The notes: generated by a model not told the origin, from the letters alone. 55,445 nt of DNA, filler included, from Sphacelaria rigidula (GCA_964200075.2; 5 parts of 5 records of this genome joined end to end with filler, not necessarily neighbours in it), one strand, 5' to 3'. Shown: positions 26,705 to 39,855, counted from the whole stretch's first letter. Made by a program: numbers and translations.

Positions 26705-27552
26705 CAAGGTGAAATGAAAGATTTTCGCGCGAAGCGCGATCATGGCCAAGCATTTAAAAATCGGCACTCGGCAAATGTTGAGGACTCGTCTGAAATGAGG
26801 AGAAGAACCATCACATGGGACATGTGCTCTTTCGCCGTGCTGCAGCACAAATATACTCACGCCCTCTCTCATGTGTTGTAGCTGTCACTGCGCTGTGGTG
26901 TGTTCGGACCTTCGCGAAGACGGCTTGGTCTCCGCTGGGACTGCGTCGGTTGTGTTACTGTCACTGACTTCATCTTTACAGAAAATGAGGAAAACTATTA
27001 TTTTCGGCTCGCAGTGCTGTCTACCCACTACTGTTGTGTGTTGGCTGTTTCGTCTTCCGTCAAACGAACAAGGCGCTTCCCACACCCATTATTTATATGC
27101 TGTAGTTGTCGCTGTGCTGTTGTGCATTTATACTCTCTACGGCGAACATGGTGTGATGTGCGCTGGAGAGTGCCTAAACAGTTGTACTGCTGTATGCGGT
27201 GTTTCGGTCTGCACAGAAGTGGGGTGGGATCAAAGTGCTGTACACAGAGTTGAAACGATCACGTGACGACTGCGCAGCTGTCTGTTGCGTCTTCTTCGGT
27301 ACGTCAGCTGTAGTCGGGTGCTGTGATCGGAGAAGACACTCAAAGCGAACGAGTGCAGGTTGGGGCAACAAACTGAGCCAGCACAGAGCTGCTGTATCCC
27401 AAGCGATTGATGGTAGCAGCTGTCTGCCTTGATGTCCCATATGAAAGTTCTTCCCCTCATTCCAGAAGGGTCCTCATTTTTTACCGATTGCCGGTTTTTC
27501 AACGCTCGGCCATGATCGCGCTTCGCGCGAAAATCTTGTAACTCATCATGTT
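26705..27552. mobile_element. Non-autonomous element with >100-bp inverted arms
   Basis: AAGATTTTCGCGCGAAGCGCGATCATGGCC...CATGGGACAT (26718-26823) is the reverse complement of 27432-27538; the ends are approximate. Confidence 0.7.
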
Positions 27553-27639
27553 AATAAAAAAAACGCCATGTCCACGGAATACCAAATACACCTGCACAAG
27601 GCGAGTCATTCATCCGCCAAAAATCTTGAAGGATGACAT

Positions 27640-28212
27640 CCGATAAATCAAGCTCCTCAAAACATGACGAAGTGGTCGACCAACATCCGCCCAGCCCATA
27701 TCACACACCCGGTGACTGTGTACTCCACTCGTCTGTGCAAGGGACGTGCGCGTTGAAGTTCACCAGTACATATGGCCTTGTCGCATGTTGATCACACGAT
27801 GTTGGCCCAATTTCGATCCGCATCTTCCCGAAACATTGTTCGATTACAGTCATGTCCAAATTCTACGCAAACAGCATGGACAAACCACAAACGATTGTAT
27901 CGTCGTACCCCTAACCGAAAAATCACGCCTTAGACCCTCATCCCTCGACATCGATTAGAGATTATGTCCCGTCTGATAAATCCGACTCGCTACAGTCTTA
28001 GCTTGTCCAAGCGAGGCAAAAACATGCTGGTCGTCCAACTCATGCCAGGATTCCTTGCCGCGTGGCCCCAAAACAAAACCGTAGCCAACCTGCTTGTGAT
28101 TGAAAGGCGCACTTTACCCCACGAGCCCGGATAAGCCGTAAAAGTCGGTCTCTTCATGTCTGTTCGTGATTTTGGTCGGTGACACTTCTCTTGCTAACTT
28201 TGGGGGGTCAGG
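27640..28212 (+). repeat. Interspersed repeat shared with scaffold 5 (~44830-45015 and ~45455-45560)
   Basis: Colinear similar blocks: CGATAAAT.AAGCTC.TCAAA.CATGACGA.GTGGT.GACCAACA.CCGCCCAGCCCA.. and CCACGAGCC.GGATAAGCC..AAGTCGGTCT..TGGGGGTCAGG. Confidence 0.7.
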
Positions 28213-29693
28213 GCGTGTCTCCGACGGTGTCTCAGCACATTAGTTTCCGATCGAAATTGTGCGGTGGGAAAACAAAATCCCGATCTGATAGGCTGGGATC
28301 TCAACCATCTTACATGATGCTCGACCCATACGCGTATTGATGAACTGACTGCAAGGATATTGCCTTCGGGAAATCGGTTCAAACTTCAATGAGACAAGGG
28401 GATTTTGTCGAGCTCGCTCCGTACGACGCACCCTCAAACGGCCAAGGACTTCATCGTTAACAACTTCTGTGGCACATGCACGGCCGACCATTTTCTAAAA
28501 CCGATCGGGTTGCCGTAAAACGAAGAATACTATGTATATGTGAGGAGCTAGCGCTAGGCGTGACACGCCACTGCTGTGGGTGTCTACGTATGCTTGGTCC
28601 GGCTTCGGGTTTCTGGGACGCCCGTTGAGATCTCTAGACCTGTTCCGACTGTGTGCAGAAGGAGACACCGCTGTTCTAGTAAATGAATGATACCGCGATG
28701 GCCTCCCCAAGGAAAGTGGCTGATTTGAGCGCGAAAATTCTACATGTAAATCAAAATTACAAAAGCTGAGCACACCGGCCACCTGAAAACCCCCACCATT
28801 GATATCGTTCCCGCGAATGTTGCTGGTGTGAGTTGCTTCGAACGTATTGGAAATCTGCGATCATGCGCTGAACGGTCATTTCGTTCGTCACAGTCATGAG
28901 ACTGGTTGGTAATGGGGAAGCTATCGCGGCATTACTCAAATTCTGTTCTGTGCTTCCTGTGAGGGAACCGGGGGCTCATTGGTTGTTGTGGGCAGGCAAG
29001 CTACCTTGCTTACTCCCTTTTGGTTGATTTCATCGCCCGGATAAATCAGGACCGTTCATGAGTCGAAACAAGAAAACAGAAACCTATGAGATGGTAAAAT
29101 GGTTCCGCCAAGGTAACCTTCGAGGGGAATCAAGCTTGCTACTACACCTCTGACCATCGCCGTTGGTTGGTCTAGCAGATAGTTTGCGTCGCTGCGCTGC
29201 GCAGGTTCTGCGATTCAGAACTCAAACCGTGTCGCGGTTGCTTCAAAGTGCCACACAGTAAGGTGTTTACAGGGTAGTGTAGTGCACTCACTTTTCGGGT
29301 GGGCGACACGTTGTTGCTACCGTACGGTTCGCTCCCCACTGGCGCTGATGTCTTTCATGGTCAAGAGCACCCCAAGAAAACTAGGGCTTCCGCATTTTTA
29401 TTTAGGCACACACACATTGGTTGCTCGCGCCCTTGGGCATAACTGTACTCCTTGTCAGTCCTGACATCTTTTGTGGTGCTCTGCTTATTGTTTGCTCACA
29501 CGTCTCTCGTGCCCCTTTCCCTTCCCTTTTCCCACCCCCCTCCCCCACCTGTTCATCACCGAATGTTATGTTACGCAACCACACGATCCAACCCAGGGTA
29601 GGTGAGTGGTAGGTGGAACAGCTTGCCTTCGCTGCACAGCGAAAACATTCAGAGGTGGAAGGGGAGGGGGGGGTTGCACTCGAAATCAGCGAC

Positions 29694-32375
29694 ATGGGAG
29701 GAGACTCCCCCTATGTCTCCGCCTACGGAGAACTCCGGGAGGGCTTCCTGAAGCTCCATCAAGACGAACTCAACGTGATTCTTCACCTTTTCACGGGAGG
29801 CCTGGGTGTGATCGGCTGCTGCTGCCTGGTGTACCGCTTCTCCAACCGCTCACTCGGTACGCTATCCCTCCTCGTGGTCCTGTACGCGTCGTCCCTCGTC
29901 GGCACCGTACCCTTGCCCTTAGTCGCGGCCGTCTTGGTGTTCCTCGCCGCCGTGGCGATGCCCGTCGTGCGCGCGATCGACCTGAGCGTGACATGGTCCG
30001 CGATCATGGTAGCAATCGCATACGTGGGACAGGACGCCGCGCACTATATCACGGGCGAACCCACCTTTCAGAGCACTTACTCCGGCGCGGACTCCATGGC
30101 TTCCGTGTCGAATGCCACGACCTGGATCAGCAACTTCTCAGAGCACACGTTTTTCCTGCTACCGCTCACGGTGGACGCCGCGGTGCCGCTTATGCCCGAG
30201 ATGCTCAGGTCTTGGTTCGGGCCTGAGGCGGGGCAGGGGGAGGCACCGGCATGGCTGATGTCTCTCCGGGAGAACGCTTGGCTCCTCACGTTTTTGGCCG
30301 GGTGGGTTGGCGGGTGCTACGCTCTCGACTCGGATTCGGGCCCCTTTCCCTTCATGTTTGTGAAGAGGCGCATGCTACACTGCAATCTCGGGACTGACGC
30401 GCTGAGGAAAGACTTGGCCGCGATCAGAAAGTGGGCTACTGATCTAAAGCCGTCGCGGAACACGACAACGCACTGGTGGTTCACTGACTTGGACCCTGCG
30501 GAGTCTACTGCCTTCACACGGCTTGCGACCAGTCCCGAGGTCAGAGTTTGAACAACTGACACCGTATCTTGGTATTTGGTGGAGTTGTACGTCAGTACTG
30601 GAGGGGAGAGCTGTAGTGTGCGCTATTGTAGTACTTCATCTGTGGGTGCCCGCCGTGAATGATGATAGCTGGAAATCGGGGAAAACATGCACACACACAC
30701 CGAATTCATTCTCTGAGCTTGGAAGTTGGATGCAGACAGCAGTTAGCAGTCCGAAAGTGCGGGGTAGGAGATTGTGAGTGTGCAATACCGAGAAGTCTGT
30801 CGAGTAATCCCGTATTGCCGTAAGATAGAGAGGGGGGGGGAATATGGCTGGCCCATGAAGCAATTTTCATGGCCTAGCGCTGTCATTATGCCCTTCGACA
30901 GAGTGGCGAACTCGGCGCATTCTTTTTATTCCATCTCAAGAGTGATGGAACCCGTTTGTACAGATGGACTTGACGTGCGAGCAGACGACCTCCTGTGCAA
31001 GAACAACACAGTATGCCGCCGGCGGATAATGCCGTTTTCGGCGCCCGAGAACTCATCATCGAATGGTGATATTCCAGGGGGTGATATATAACGTACCCTG
31101 GTACAGCTTAACCGTCACCACTAGCATGGCGCCAAAAACAACCCAAACCTTCTTCGTTAAGGATGGTGAAAATCGCACGGGTTACACCATGCTCTACGGT
31201 GTATGCACGGTGTAGCATGATTGTAAGCCAGACTGCCCCCTCCGCTTGTCCCTTATGATTTATCTGTAAATTATCAAGTGCGGTTAGCAGCAATACGCGG
31301 TTGACTACTTTGTACACCATGTGCATTTCCCGTTTTCGACGCAGGTCGAGGCCATGTTTAGGGAGAAGTTCTCGTCTGATGAATACGGTATATCGGTGAT
31401 CGCAGGCATGAACGAGGTGAGGGCTAGCACTGCATTTCTATTTTTTGTTCCTTCTTGTCCTTTTCACTTCCCCTTCCCCGCCCTTTCCTCGGCACGAGTA
31501 ATTGATATCAAGGAATCAACACGTCTTCCCAATACTGCACCTACCCTGCCTGTTTGTCGGCGAAAACATTGGATCAACGTTCCCACTGCCCGTCAATGTT
31601 TCACCACCAGAAATAATTCACGCTTTACCAGCTCATACTGTTCGCACATTCTTGGACGACGGGTGGAGACCAGGAAAAAAAAACACACCACTACTGTTGG
31701 AAGTGAACCGGCGAAATCCGCGCCCAAATTAGTGTTTGTGTATCCCGTTGACCACCGAGGCTGCGATGTTAGCTGCGGAAACGGCCTTCCACGACAGGGT
31801 AAATATGAAGATGGATTGGTGAGAATGATGTAGTAACCGATAATAGTAGTTTCACAAAGATGATAATCTTCGTAGAAAAACTCCCAAAAAACAGGTGTAC
31901 GTTTCAGGCCCCGCCAAGCAAGGCAGCTCGGACACCGTGTTCACCACACGCCACACTGACGGCCCGTGGGCCCTCGTTCCCTTCTGCAGCACCTACCGCT
32001 GCATCCTGGGGCTCGACTCTAGTGCCATCTACACCACGGTGTTCCCCTCCGTCCCCGCCGAAAAAACGTGCCGCACCGGGGACCTCGTTTGCTTCGACTA
32101 CAATCGCGAAATTCACCTCATCGTCGGCAATCCCAAGTGCAAGGAGGAACAGGCCGTTCTTGCTCCAGACACGGGGGGAGACGGATTCCGCATCGTCTTG
32201 AAGGTAACGTTTTTTTTTTGGGGTTGGGAGAGGGGGGGGGGGGGGGGGGGGCAAGGGTCCTGTACGGGAAAGATTTGGTGGGGGGTGGGGGGGGCTGTGG
32301 GCGGAAANNNNNNNNNNGGGGGGGAGGTGGGGGGGGGCGGGTGGGGGGGTTTGGGGGTGGGGTTGGCGGTTGTGT

Positions 32376-32406
<31 letters not shown>

Positions 32407-33110
32407 GACAAGGTTCACTCGTCGCAAGTATCATTGTGGGATGCGATGTGCTCAGGCGTCGAAGAACCTTCCGTCCCTGAGTTACTGGCCGGCAGCAGCA
32501 AAATGTACGTATGTGAAAACGTGAGGGAAGCGGTGAATATCCATTCGTTTGGTTGGATGAACACCCTGTTTTCTCTTCTCTTTTTTCCCCGTCATTGCCG
32601 TCGCGCGGGGCGGGACGGAGAGCGACAGGGGGGGAAGGGGGAAACGGAGGGGCGGGAGGAAACGGAGGTGTGAGTTGTGTTGACTGTGTTTGGACAAGAC
32701 AGCGTGCATTCTGGGGTGATTCTTCAACGCTCGTCGTTCACAATGCAGTGAGGAATAGCTCTGTCGAACGTATAGGACAAGGAGGTGGCGTGACGGCTCT
32801 TCTGTTATTTTACCGCAAGAACGTTCGCTGTAGCTCGAAAACCCCAAAACCTGAGTTCAACGCGCATCGCGACGCTTCTTTTGCCCTCCCCTCTCCCCCC
32901 TTCCCCCCCCCCGCTCTCGCGCGTATCCGCTTCCACCGTTATTGTTTTTGGCAGCTGCACTATTGCGTGTATCCTCGGGTCTTATGGCCTCTCGGAAAGC
33001 TCGCAGCGGCCTTATCTTTGGGGTACAACGTGCTGTTTCGTAAGCTGTTTCTCTTTACTCTTACGCCGTCCGACACGAGTAGCCGCATCATGGCCTTCTT
33101 CGTCGTCTAC
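29694..33110 (+). CDS. Membrane protein: N-terminal Mpo1/DUF962-like domain fused to a putative HxD...H (DSBH/2OG-Fe-type) domain; multi-exon, 3'-partial
   Basis: Exons 29694-30539, 31345-31416, 31895-32203 and 32955-33110 have GT/AG boundaries, all phase 0, with GC3-rich codon usage. Motifs LHQDELNVILHLF and GQDAAHYITGEPT are Mpo1-like and flank hydrophobic helices. Downstream come SDTVFTTRHTDGP, YRCILGL, FDYNREIHLI and RIVLKLHY. The start codon is inferred; the gene continues beyond the scaffold end. Confidence 0.85.
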
Positions 33111-33229
33111 GTGAGTGCACCTGTTTCATCTGTGGACGGAGGGGGGGGGGGGGGGGGTGCGTTTCTTTTTTTTTTCTCCCCTTGTTCGTTGGAGTGCTAT
33201 CCCTGCCCTTCATCAGGCCGGGGCCACCT

Positions 33230-33329
33230 NNNNNNNNNNNNNNNNNNNNNNNNNNNNNNNNNNNNNNNNNNNNTTAATTAATTAANNNNNNNNNNNNNNN
33301 NNNNNNNNNNNNNNNNNNNNNNNNNNNNN
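33230..33329. other. Artificial scaffold linker
   Basis: Same 100-bp spacer. Confidence 0.97.
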
Positions 33330-34127
33330 GAGGAAGGGCGGGGGGGGGGGGGCGCAAAGTTTGGGGGGGTGGGGCCCGGAGGGTTCCCCCGGGGTTGGCC
33401 CCGGCCCGGCCCCCCCCCCCCCCCCCCTTGGCTTTCCTCCGCTCGCTACTCCACCTCTCCGTACATACTGCACAACGAGGGCGTACGATCGGTATGAGGA
33501 TCAAGAGAGGGTACAGGGTCCGGCTTCGAAATTCTCGCCGCCACGACTCTATTCTTGTTTTGAAACCGTGACGAGAGCACGGGGACAAACTCTTCCGCGG
33601 ACTCGCCAACACATACCACACGAAGCTGTGATTTGGATAATGACCGTTGTCATGTGAGGCGCAAAAACATCACCACCAACTGGCAGTCAAGCACGCTGGA
33701 CATACGCAAGTGTAAAAAAAAAGGACTTAACGATATACACCTCACCACTGCCAATGACCTACTTTTTCTTCACCCGTCTTTTCCTTCCGTGTACCCATGT
33801 CTCTCCTTCATTTTTTTTTCAACAACCGACACATATTACCATACCGGCCACTTCCACTCACGTTCGAACACACATGTACACACAACTATGTATGTATGCC
33901 CATGTTGTTGATGGTTCTTATTTTCACTTCGAAAGCCGTTCCGATATCTGCGCAGTACTCTGTGCTGGGCATCTGATGCGGACGCCTTCCGTGGTCATAG
34001 GCTAACTACCCGAAGCTAGGGTAAACGATAAACCAAAAAAAAAATAGGGCCCGAAAACAATCCACACAGATGCGATACAAAATAAAATAAAATAAAACTC
34101 GAACGGAGCATATACTGGTATTTTCAC

Positions 34128-37040
34128 CTTCGGGTCATCAGACTCTGCCATCGCGCGAGAAGCGCACTCAATGGCGTCTCGTTGCATACTCTCCGGCATG
34201 TCCGCGCTGAGCACTCTCCTTCGTTCCACAGGCTTCTCCTCCTGCACCAAACCCAACGACTGGCCAGGTTTCCTCGGCGCAAGCTTTCCCGTGCTTCTCC
34301 GTCGCCTCTGCATACCACACCAACAAAATGGAAGGGCGGCGGCGACAGGGGTGGAGGGGGGGGGGGGAGGGTGCTCATGATCTTGCATGCCATAGTCACA
34401 CGACCATTGATCTTGGATCCCTACAAAGCCGGGACGGAGCACGCCGGGTTTTCGTCGGACCAGGCAAAACGGGAGGGGGGCGGGAGGGGGCGAGATTAAG
34501 AAATATCGCGTACTCCTTCTGCAGCAAAAATTTGAAAGCTCTCAGGCCGCTCCTTGTAAAAGGCAAAAATAAAGTCTGCACAAATTCCTTTTTGGAGCTT
34601 TCACGTCGTTTTACGCCCCAAAAGAGAGTTAGGCGAAGTTTGACACCTTGGGATGACTTGCTCCACTAGTTGAGGCGGTTCGAGGATATCTTCCCGTTTT
34701 GCGGTGGCCGCAGTTTTATTTCTGGTCAAACAAGATTTTTTGTCAGATGACGGTACCGGTCACATCTATAAAACATCGCCACTTCTCTGTGGACTCGACT
34801 GTTATTCACCGTTCTTTGATAAAAATTCTTGTTTGGCCAGAATGAATACTGCGGCCACCGTAAAACGAAATGATGTCCTGGAACCGCCTAACTAGTAGAG
34901 CAAGTCATTCTGGGTGTCGAACTCCGCCTAGCTCTCTCTTGGGGGGTAAAACGACGTAAAAGCTCCAAAAAAAACACTTGTCCAGGTTTTTATTTATGTC
35001 TATTACAAGGAACGGCCTCAACTCTATAAAGTAGGGTATACCCGGAAGTGGGGACTTTTGGCCGGCATACAAACCCCCCGATGTCATGTGTACCCAATAT
35101 TCCGGCATGGTCCGGCTGTTCCGAACTATACGGCATGGTTCGGAAGGGTATTCACGAATGAAGATATCTCCTCTATGCTTTTTCTGTACAAACCCGAGAT
35201 TTTCAGTCGGTATACCCTGCAGGATACAAAATTGGCTTCAGTTTCTCCGAGTTCGGCCTGTATAAAGATCCATATCCTGACCACTTCCCTTTCCTTGTGA
35301 AAAACCCACTGCCCCGAAGAATCAATCCATCTCTCCCGTGGTACACGCCCTGCATTTGGCTCTCGTGGATTGGATCAGCCCTCACTACATATTTTACACC
35401 TTGGATATAACGCACACGTCGGACAGATCACGATCCGTCTGAAAATTACTTATTTTCAGCATACTGATCGGGATTATGTAACCCGCCTTTTCCATGTGTG
35501 CTCCCTCCAGCCCCGGACGCCGAGCACGCCGAGTAGCGCAAAGGTTGCGCTTTGGCTCTTCTGACTTCAAGGTCACGTAGTTTGTGTTTTCAGACCAAAG
35601 GATTTGAGAGTCTTGTTTGATCGGTTGTTCCAGACAGATCATCATTTGTGTGACGTGTGATATCATGTATATGGTCAACAGTTGCGGTAGGCAAAACAAA
35701 ATGTACTACGCAAACTGTAGGACTTTCGCAACTATTGACCTTAGCCGATAATAGTTGCAAGACGCCCATAGTATACTCTACGCAGTACGTTTTTGGAATA
35801 TTGCAACTATGAACCATGACTGAAAATGGTTGCGATAATGCCTATACAATACTGCACGCAGTACAATCCGAGCCAGTTTACAGCCCTAACAATAGACGGT
35901 CAATAGTTATAGGATGCCATTCAAATACTTTGAAAGCGGTCAGCGATTCGAAAACCATTCATCTGTAATATACAGCAGCAGATTCTCCGTGAGGAGAGGA
36001 AGATGCAAACAAGCCAAGGCTGGCAGCACGCGGGGATAAGAGCGCAAAATAATTCACGTCCGGAACCACAAGCACGCATGCACTTGAAGTGCAAGCCATG
36101 GTGTACCTTGTATTTTGTGGTCGCGGAGTACCGTTTGTTTGCTATTTTTGATTCCAGATGTGTCATGAAACGACAAACCTGGCATATATCCGCAATATCA
36201 GTTCGAGGTATAGTGACCACGAGTACTGTACTGTTGTACTGGCTGTACCTGTACTGTTGTCAGCTACAGACCCCAATCCTACTGTCATTTTGTTCGTAAT
36301 CATGTTAGCATCTTTGTTGTAAATTTACCATACTAAAGGTGGTATAAACATAGCTGGTAACGGCAAACTTCAAATAAACTGGATAAACTGGAGTGCTCAT
36401 CACCAGTTCCAGTTAAACTGCCAGTACAAACTGGTCCAGTTCACAGCCGTATATTTTGTCATAGTCAAGGGTGTGCTATATATCTCAACACTTCTCGTGC
36501 AAACATGGAACCATTGTACAGGGGAACCAGCCAAAAAAACTTCTCACCCGAGACCCAACACTCGCTCGTCCATCGACGGACGATCGAGATTCTTGTGCGG
36601 AGCTGCTGCTGCCGGGCGGAGACCCCGCATAGGCGGGTGACGACCCGGCGGACGCCGACCCCAAATAACCGCCGCCGAGTCTGACTCGGCTTTCGGAGGC
36701 GGCCGGCGACATATTCCTGTACGATGCTCCGGAGGGAGGAGATCCGTATCCAAATCCGAATCCGGTACCCTGGATGCTGTGGCTGCGGTGCATTACCGGG
36801 GACGAATTGGATCCAATGCTCTCGCTGCGTCGCCGATGCAGGGGTACGGGCGATGGATTTCGCGATCCGCCCCGGCTGCCGCTGCCGCTGCTGCGGGCGG
36901 AGCCAGTGGAGTGTCGGTTGCTACGTCTGTCGCTGCCGGGCGTGGTGACGTATGGCGATGCGGGCGAGTCTGCGGAAAAGGAAAAATCGAGCGATATATT
37001 TCCTCCCGATGTCTTGCGCCTGGGTGTTCTGTTGGGTGTT
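34128..37040 (-). CDS. Dynein light chain type 1 (LC8) domain protein with long S/G/P/R-rich N-terminal region; partial, two supported exons
   Basis: Exon 37040-36548 is low-complexity, with a good acceptor and GTGAGA donor, and splices in phase 0 to exon 34307-34128. The latter encodes VLSADMPESMQRDAIECASRAMAESDDPK, which aligns by eye to the start of LC8 (..ADMSEEMQQDA..CA..A). The rest of the domain was not found in this scaffold. Confidence 0.72.
34348..34465 (-). mobile_element. SINE-like family B copy in an intron, G-rich flanks on both sides
   Basis: Matches the other two B copies over the full length. Confidence 0.75.
34545..35017. mobile_element. PIF/Harbinger (Tourist)-like MITE, largely palindromic
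   Basis: GGCCG...CGGCC termini, ~150-bp inverted arms and a 3-bp TSD TCA (34542-34544, 35018-35020). A related arm at 11111-11244 ends GGCC-TAA, and another lies at ~37880-38040. Confidence 0.8.
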
Positions 37041-37377
37041 CTGCGAGGAAGAGGAGTGTGTCGGGGGTACAGTAATGCGGTGTCAGCGCAAATGACGGGG
37101 GCTATAGTTGCAATTGCCGTATGCTGCGATTGCAAACAATTTCAGACCTCTGAATGACTGAAGACCACAAATCTTCATCAATAAAATGTTACGTACAAAG
37201 GTAACTGCGTTTGGTTCTCATATTATAGCCCATCAGGCCGCTTTCCTTACACGAGCTGGGCCAGCTCAGAGTAGGTGTGAATCTCGCTCAGGCGACGCAC
37301 GGCGCGATATTAGGAGTTGGGCGCCGGAATTTTGACAGCAGCTTTTTATTATCGAAATCCAGAAGGTCACGTGAGAA

Positions 37378-37410
<33 letters not shown>

Positions 37411-39754
37411 GGGCATTTGAAATTTCAGCAAAAACAAGATAATGTCAGAAGTTCAGGAAAAAAAGAGAATCTGCAGCTGGACACGTAGTATCAGCTCCTT
37501 GGGTGCAGAAGGTCTTCCTGAAATTTCAGCTCAAGAGCCGTCGAATTGGGCCGTGCGTTCAACTTTGCCGTGACGCTGCTGCACCCCTATTAAACAAGCG
37601 ATGGGAGATCCCAATTATGGAGATCACGAGTTCGAATCCCGACATATTATCTTTTTTTCCTCAGTCGTTAAGGCCATACATTATGCAGCACATTTTGTAC
37701 AATTTTTTCCTTCATTCAGCGGCGATGCCGTGTGTGACCAGGTTGGTCTACACGGCACAGTGATATCCTCACATCAGGTTTTTTCGGGAAGGTGGGGAAG
37801 CTGTGGTGTGAGCAAGTTTTAGCAACTTTTAAGCTGGCCCAGCTCGTAGCAACCGAGGGAAGAAGTCCTGTGATAAATCTTGTTTTGGTCCCTTCTTCGT
37901 CGTTATACGCCCTAAAAGAGAGCAAGGCGGAGTTTGATCATTGCAATGACTTGCTCCACTCGTTGAGAGGGTTCCAGGGTATGTTCGCGTTTTCCGGTAC
38001 CCCCAGTTTTATTTTGGCCAAACAAGTATTTTGGTCCAGAGACAGTCAAACTCACAAAAATGGGAGTTTCAATCTCTAGACTTGACCCTTCTTGGACAAA
38101 AACACAAGGACTGAGCAACTATCTCTCTTCTCTTCTTACCTGTCCAAAATAATTGGAATGGTTTTTTTGGCGTCTCTAAAAAACTACGGTAGCTTCCAGG
38201 AGAAATCTGTAAGCCTGTCTTGAATCGAAAACTTAGAAGATCTCGTTCAGGAATCTACCCTCACATTTTTCGGACACTGATTATTTTTTTTTAATATATT
38301 TGATGGTACCACGTTTCCGTGAGAATGAGTAGAGTGTTGATCGGGAGCGGGCTCATTCATTCGCTTCAAATTGATCCATTTCTCACTCCGTGTGTGCTTC
38401 TGTTTGCCTGCAACACTGGCGTGTGCTTATAGCTACACGTTAATATCTCACTCAGAGATAACAAGGGCTTCAGTGGCAACCGACCTCCTACATGAAGCGT
38501 ATCGGGCATCGTGGAGAGTATTTTCGGAACTGAAACGATTCATTCATCAATTGACTGCTTCTCACTCACTCTCAATCATATCCTCTACTCTCAATCTCAC
38601 GAAAAACTGTTGTTATTTGTCGAAAAACAAAAAAAAAACTGTTCAGAAAAGGTCGGAGATTTCGAGAGGAGGTCCGTAAAATGCGTTTGCCAGTTTGAGG
38701 TCCCCCGATCTGCGCACAGATACAGATTGGTGACCGTCACGAATACTATAGTAGTCCAAGACACAACATCACGAGTAGGACATCGTTCCTCGACGGAAAA
38801 AATGCGGTGAAAAAATGAATCCAATCTGATGGGTCGTGATGGATGTCGACGTTACTCGTTTTGACAACATGACGATCCATGAGAACAACTTTTTCCCCTT
38901 CTCCACCGCACCTTTTCGATCGAAAAAACATTTTTTTTCTGTAATACGTCACGGCCTGATCACAAAAAATTATATATATATGTATATATATATTTAAATT
39001 TCGTAGTCAAAACGGGGCTGACTCAACCCTTTGACCGCCAGCATGCGTGAGTACAGCAGGTCATATCATCTGTTGCGTCGGCATCAATTCCATCGAAGAA
39101 ACAAATGCGTCCCAGATGACCTACCCTCACGGTCGGAAGGTTACCCGTTCGAATCCACCGCGAGATACTCAGGCAACTCGAGTTCCCATCTATCCATGCT
39201 GCATCCATCCCAAGGCACTCCTCGTCTTCTATGAGAGTGTATGTGTGTTGTCCTGTTTATTCTGGACGCCGGTCTACACCTTTCGCTCTATGTGGGCGTA
39301 TCAGCCGGGGTTACATAGGAGGAAGGTCAACACAGGAGCTTTTTCATTTTTTTTGTTTTAGTACCCCACCTTCCTTCTGCGGTGCTTTCCTTAATTTTAT
39401 CGCAAGAGGGGTTCAGCAGTCCCTTTCCCTCGTTGACCGTGTAGTCGAATGAGTACTACACTTCATTCTCTCTTCGCGACTGCTCCTCTAGAGTCAACCT
39501 GAAGGTCCGAGGTCGTGTTCTGTGTCTGGTATACCGATTGAGATTCGGGCATTCTACGGGAGTATGGTCAAGAGATTGATAATATCGGTAAATGACCTTC
39601 CGACCGAGGCATACCCAAGTGTTCGGAACAAGGATTGACACCCTGCTGGACCGTACCGGAATGCTCGATATACGTGTAAGCCAACAACAAAATCAAGCAC
39701 TTTCGGGTATACCCTACACACGACACGACCTTGCGAGGTTCATCTTGACGTTAA

Positions 39755-39855
39755 CCCTTAGAGGTAGGTCGAGAGTAGGTCATCTGCTGAATCGGCTTCA
39801 ATTTCACTTGAAAATAGGTTGCATGATCCAGATGGACTACCCTCGCGTAGAAGGG
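39755..39855. mobile_element. piggyBac-like ~100-bp MITE family (representative copy)
   Basis: TTAA-CCCTT...AAGGG-TT(C)A. Related copies sharing the core GTCATCTG(T/C)TGAATCGGC..CAATTTCA lie at ~39023-39143, ~41140-41210, ~43455-43499 (ends AAGGGTTAA), ~44192-44303 (starts TTAACCCTT) and ~44622-44727. Confidence 0.55.

Noticed and set aside
29606-30226. 206-aa Arg-rich ORF and the many other short track ORFs
   Set aside because: Shadow frames of GC-rich exons or chance ORFs in repeats, with no motifs.
32215-32405. G-rich tract as a G-quadruplex locus or Gly/Pro-rich ORFs (also 21180-21320, 25700-25815, 33330-33430)
   Set aside because: Degraded homopolymer sequence next to N gaps, typical of read-quality collapse; intronic or intergenic, and base calls are unreliable.
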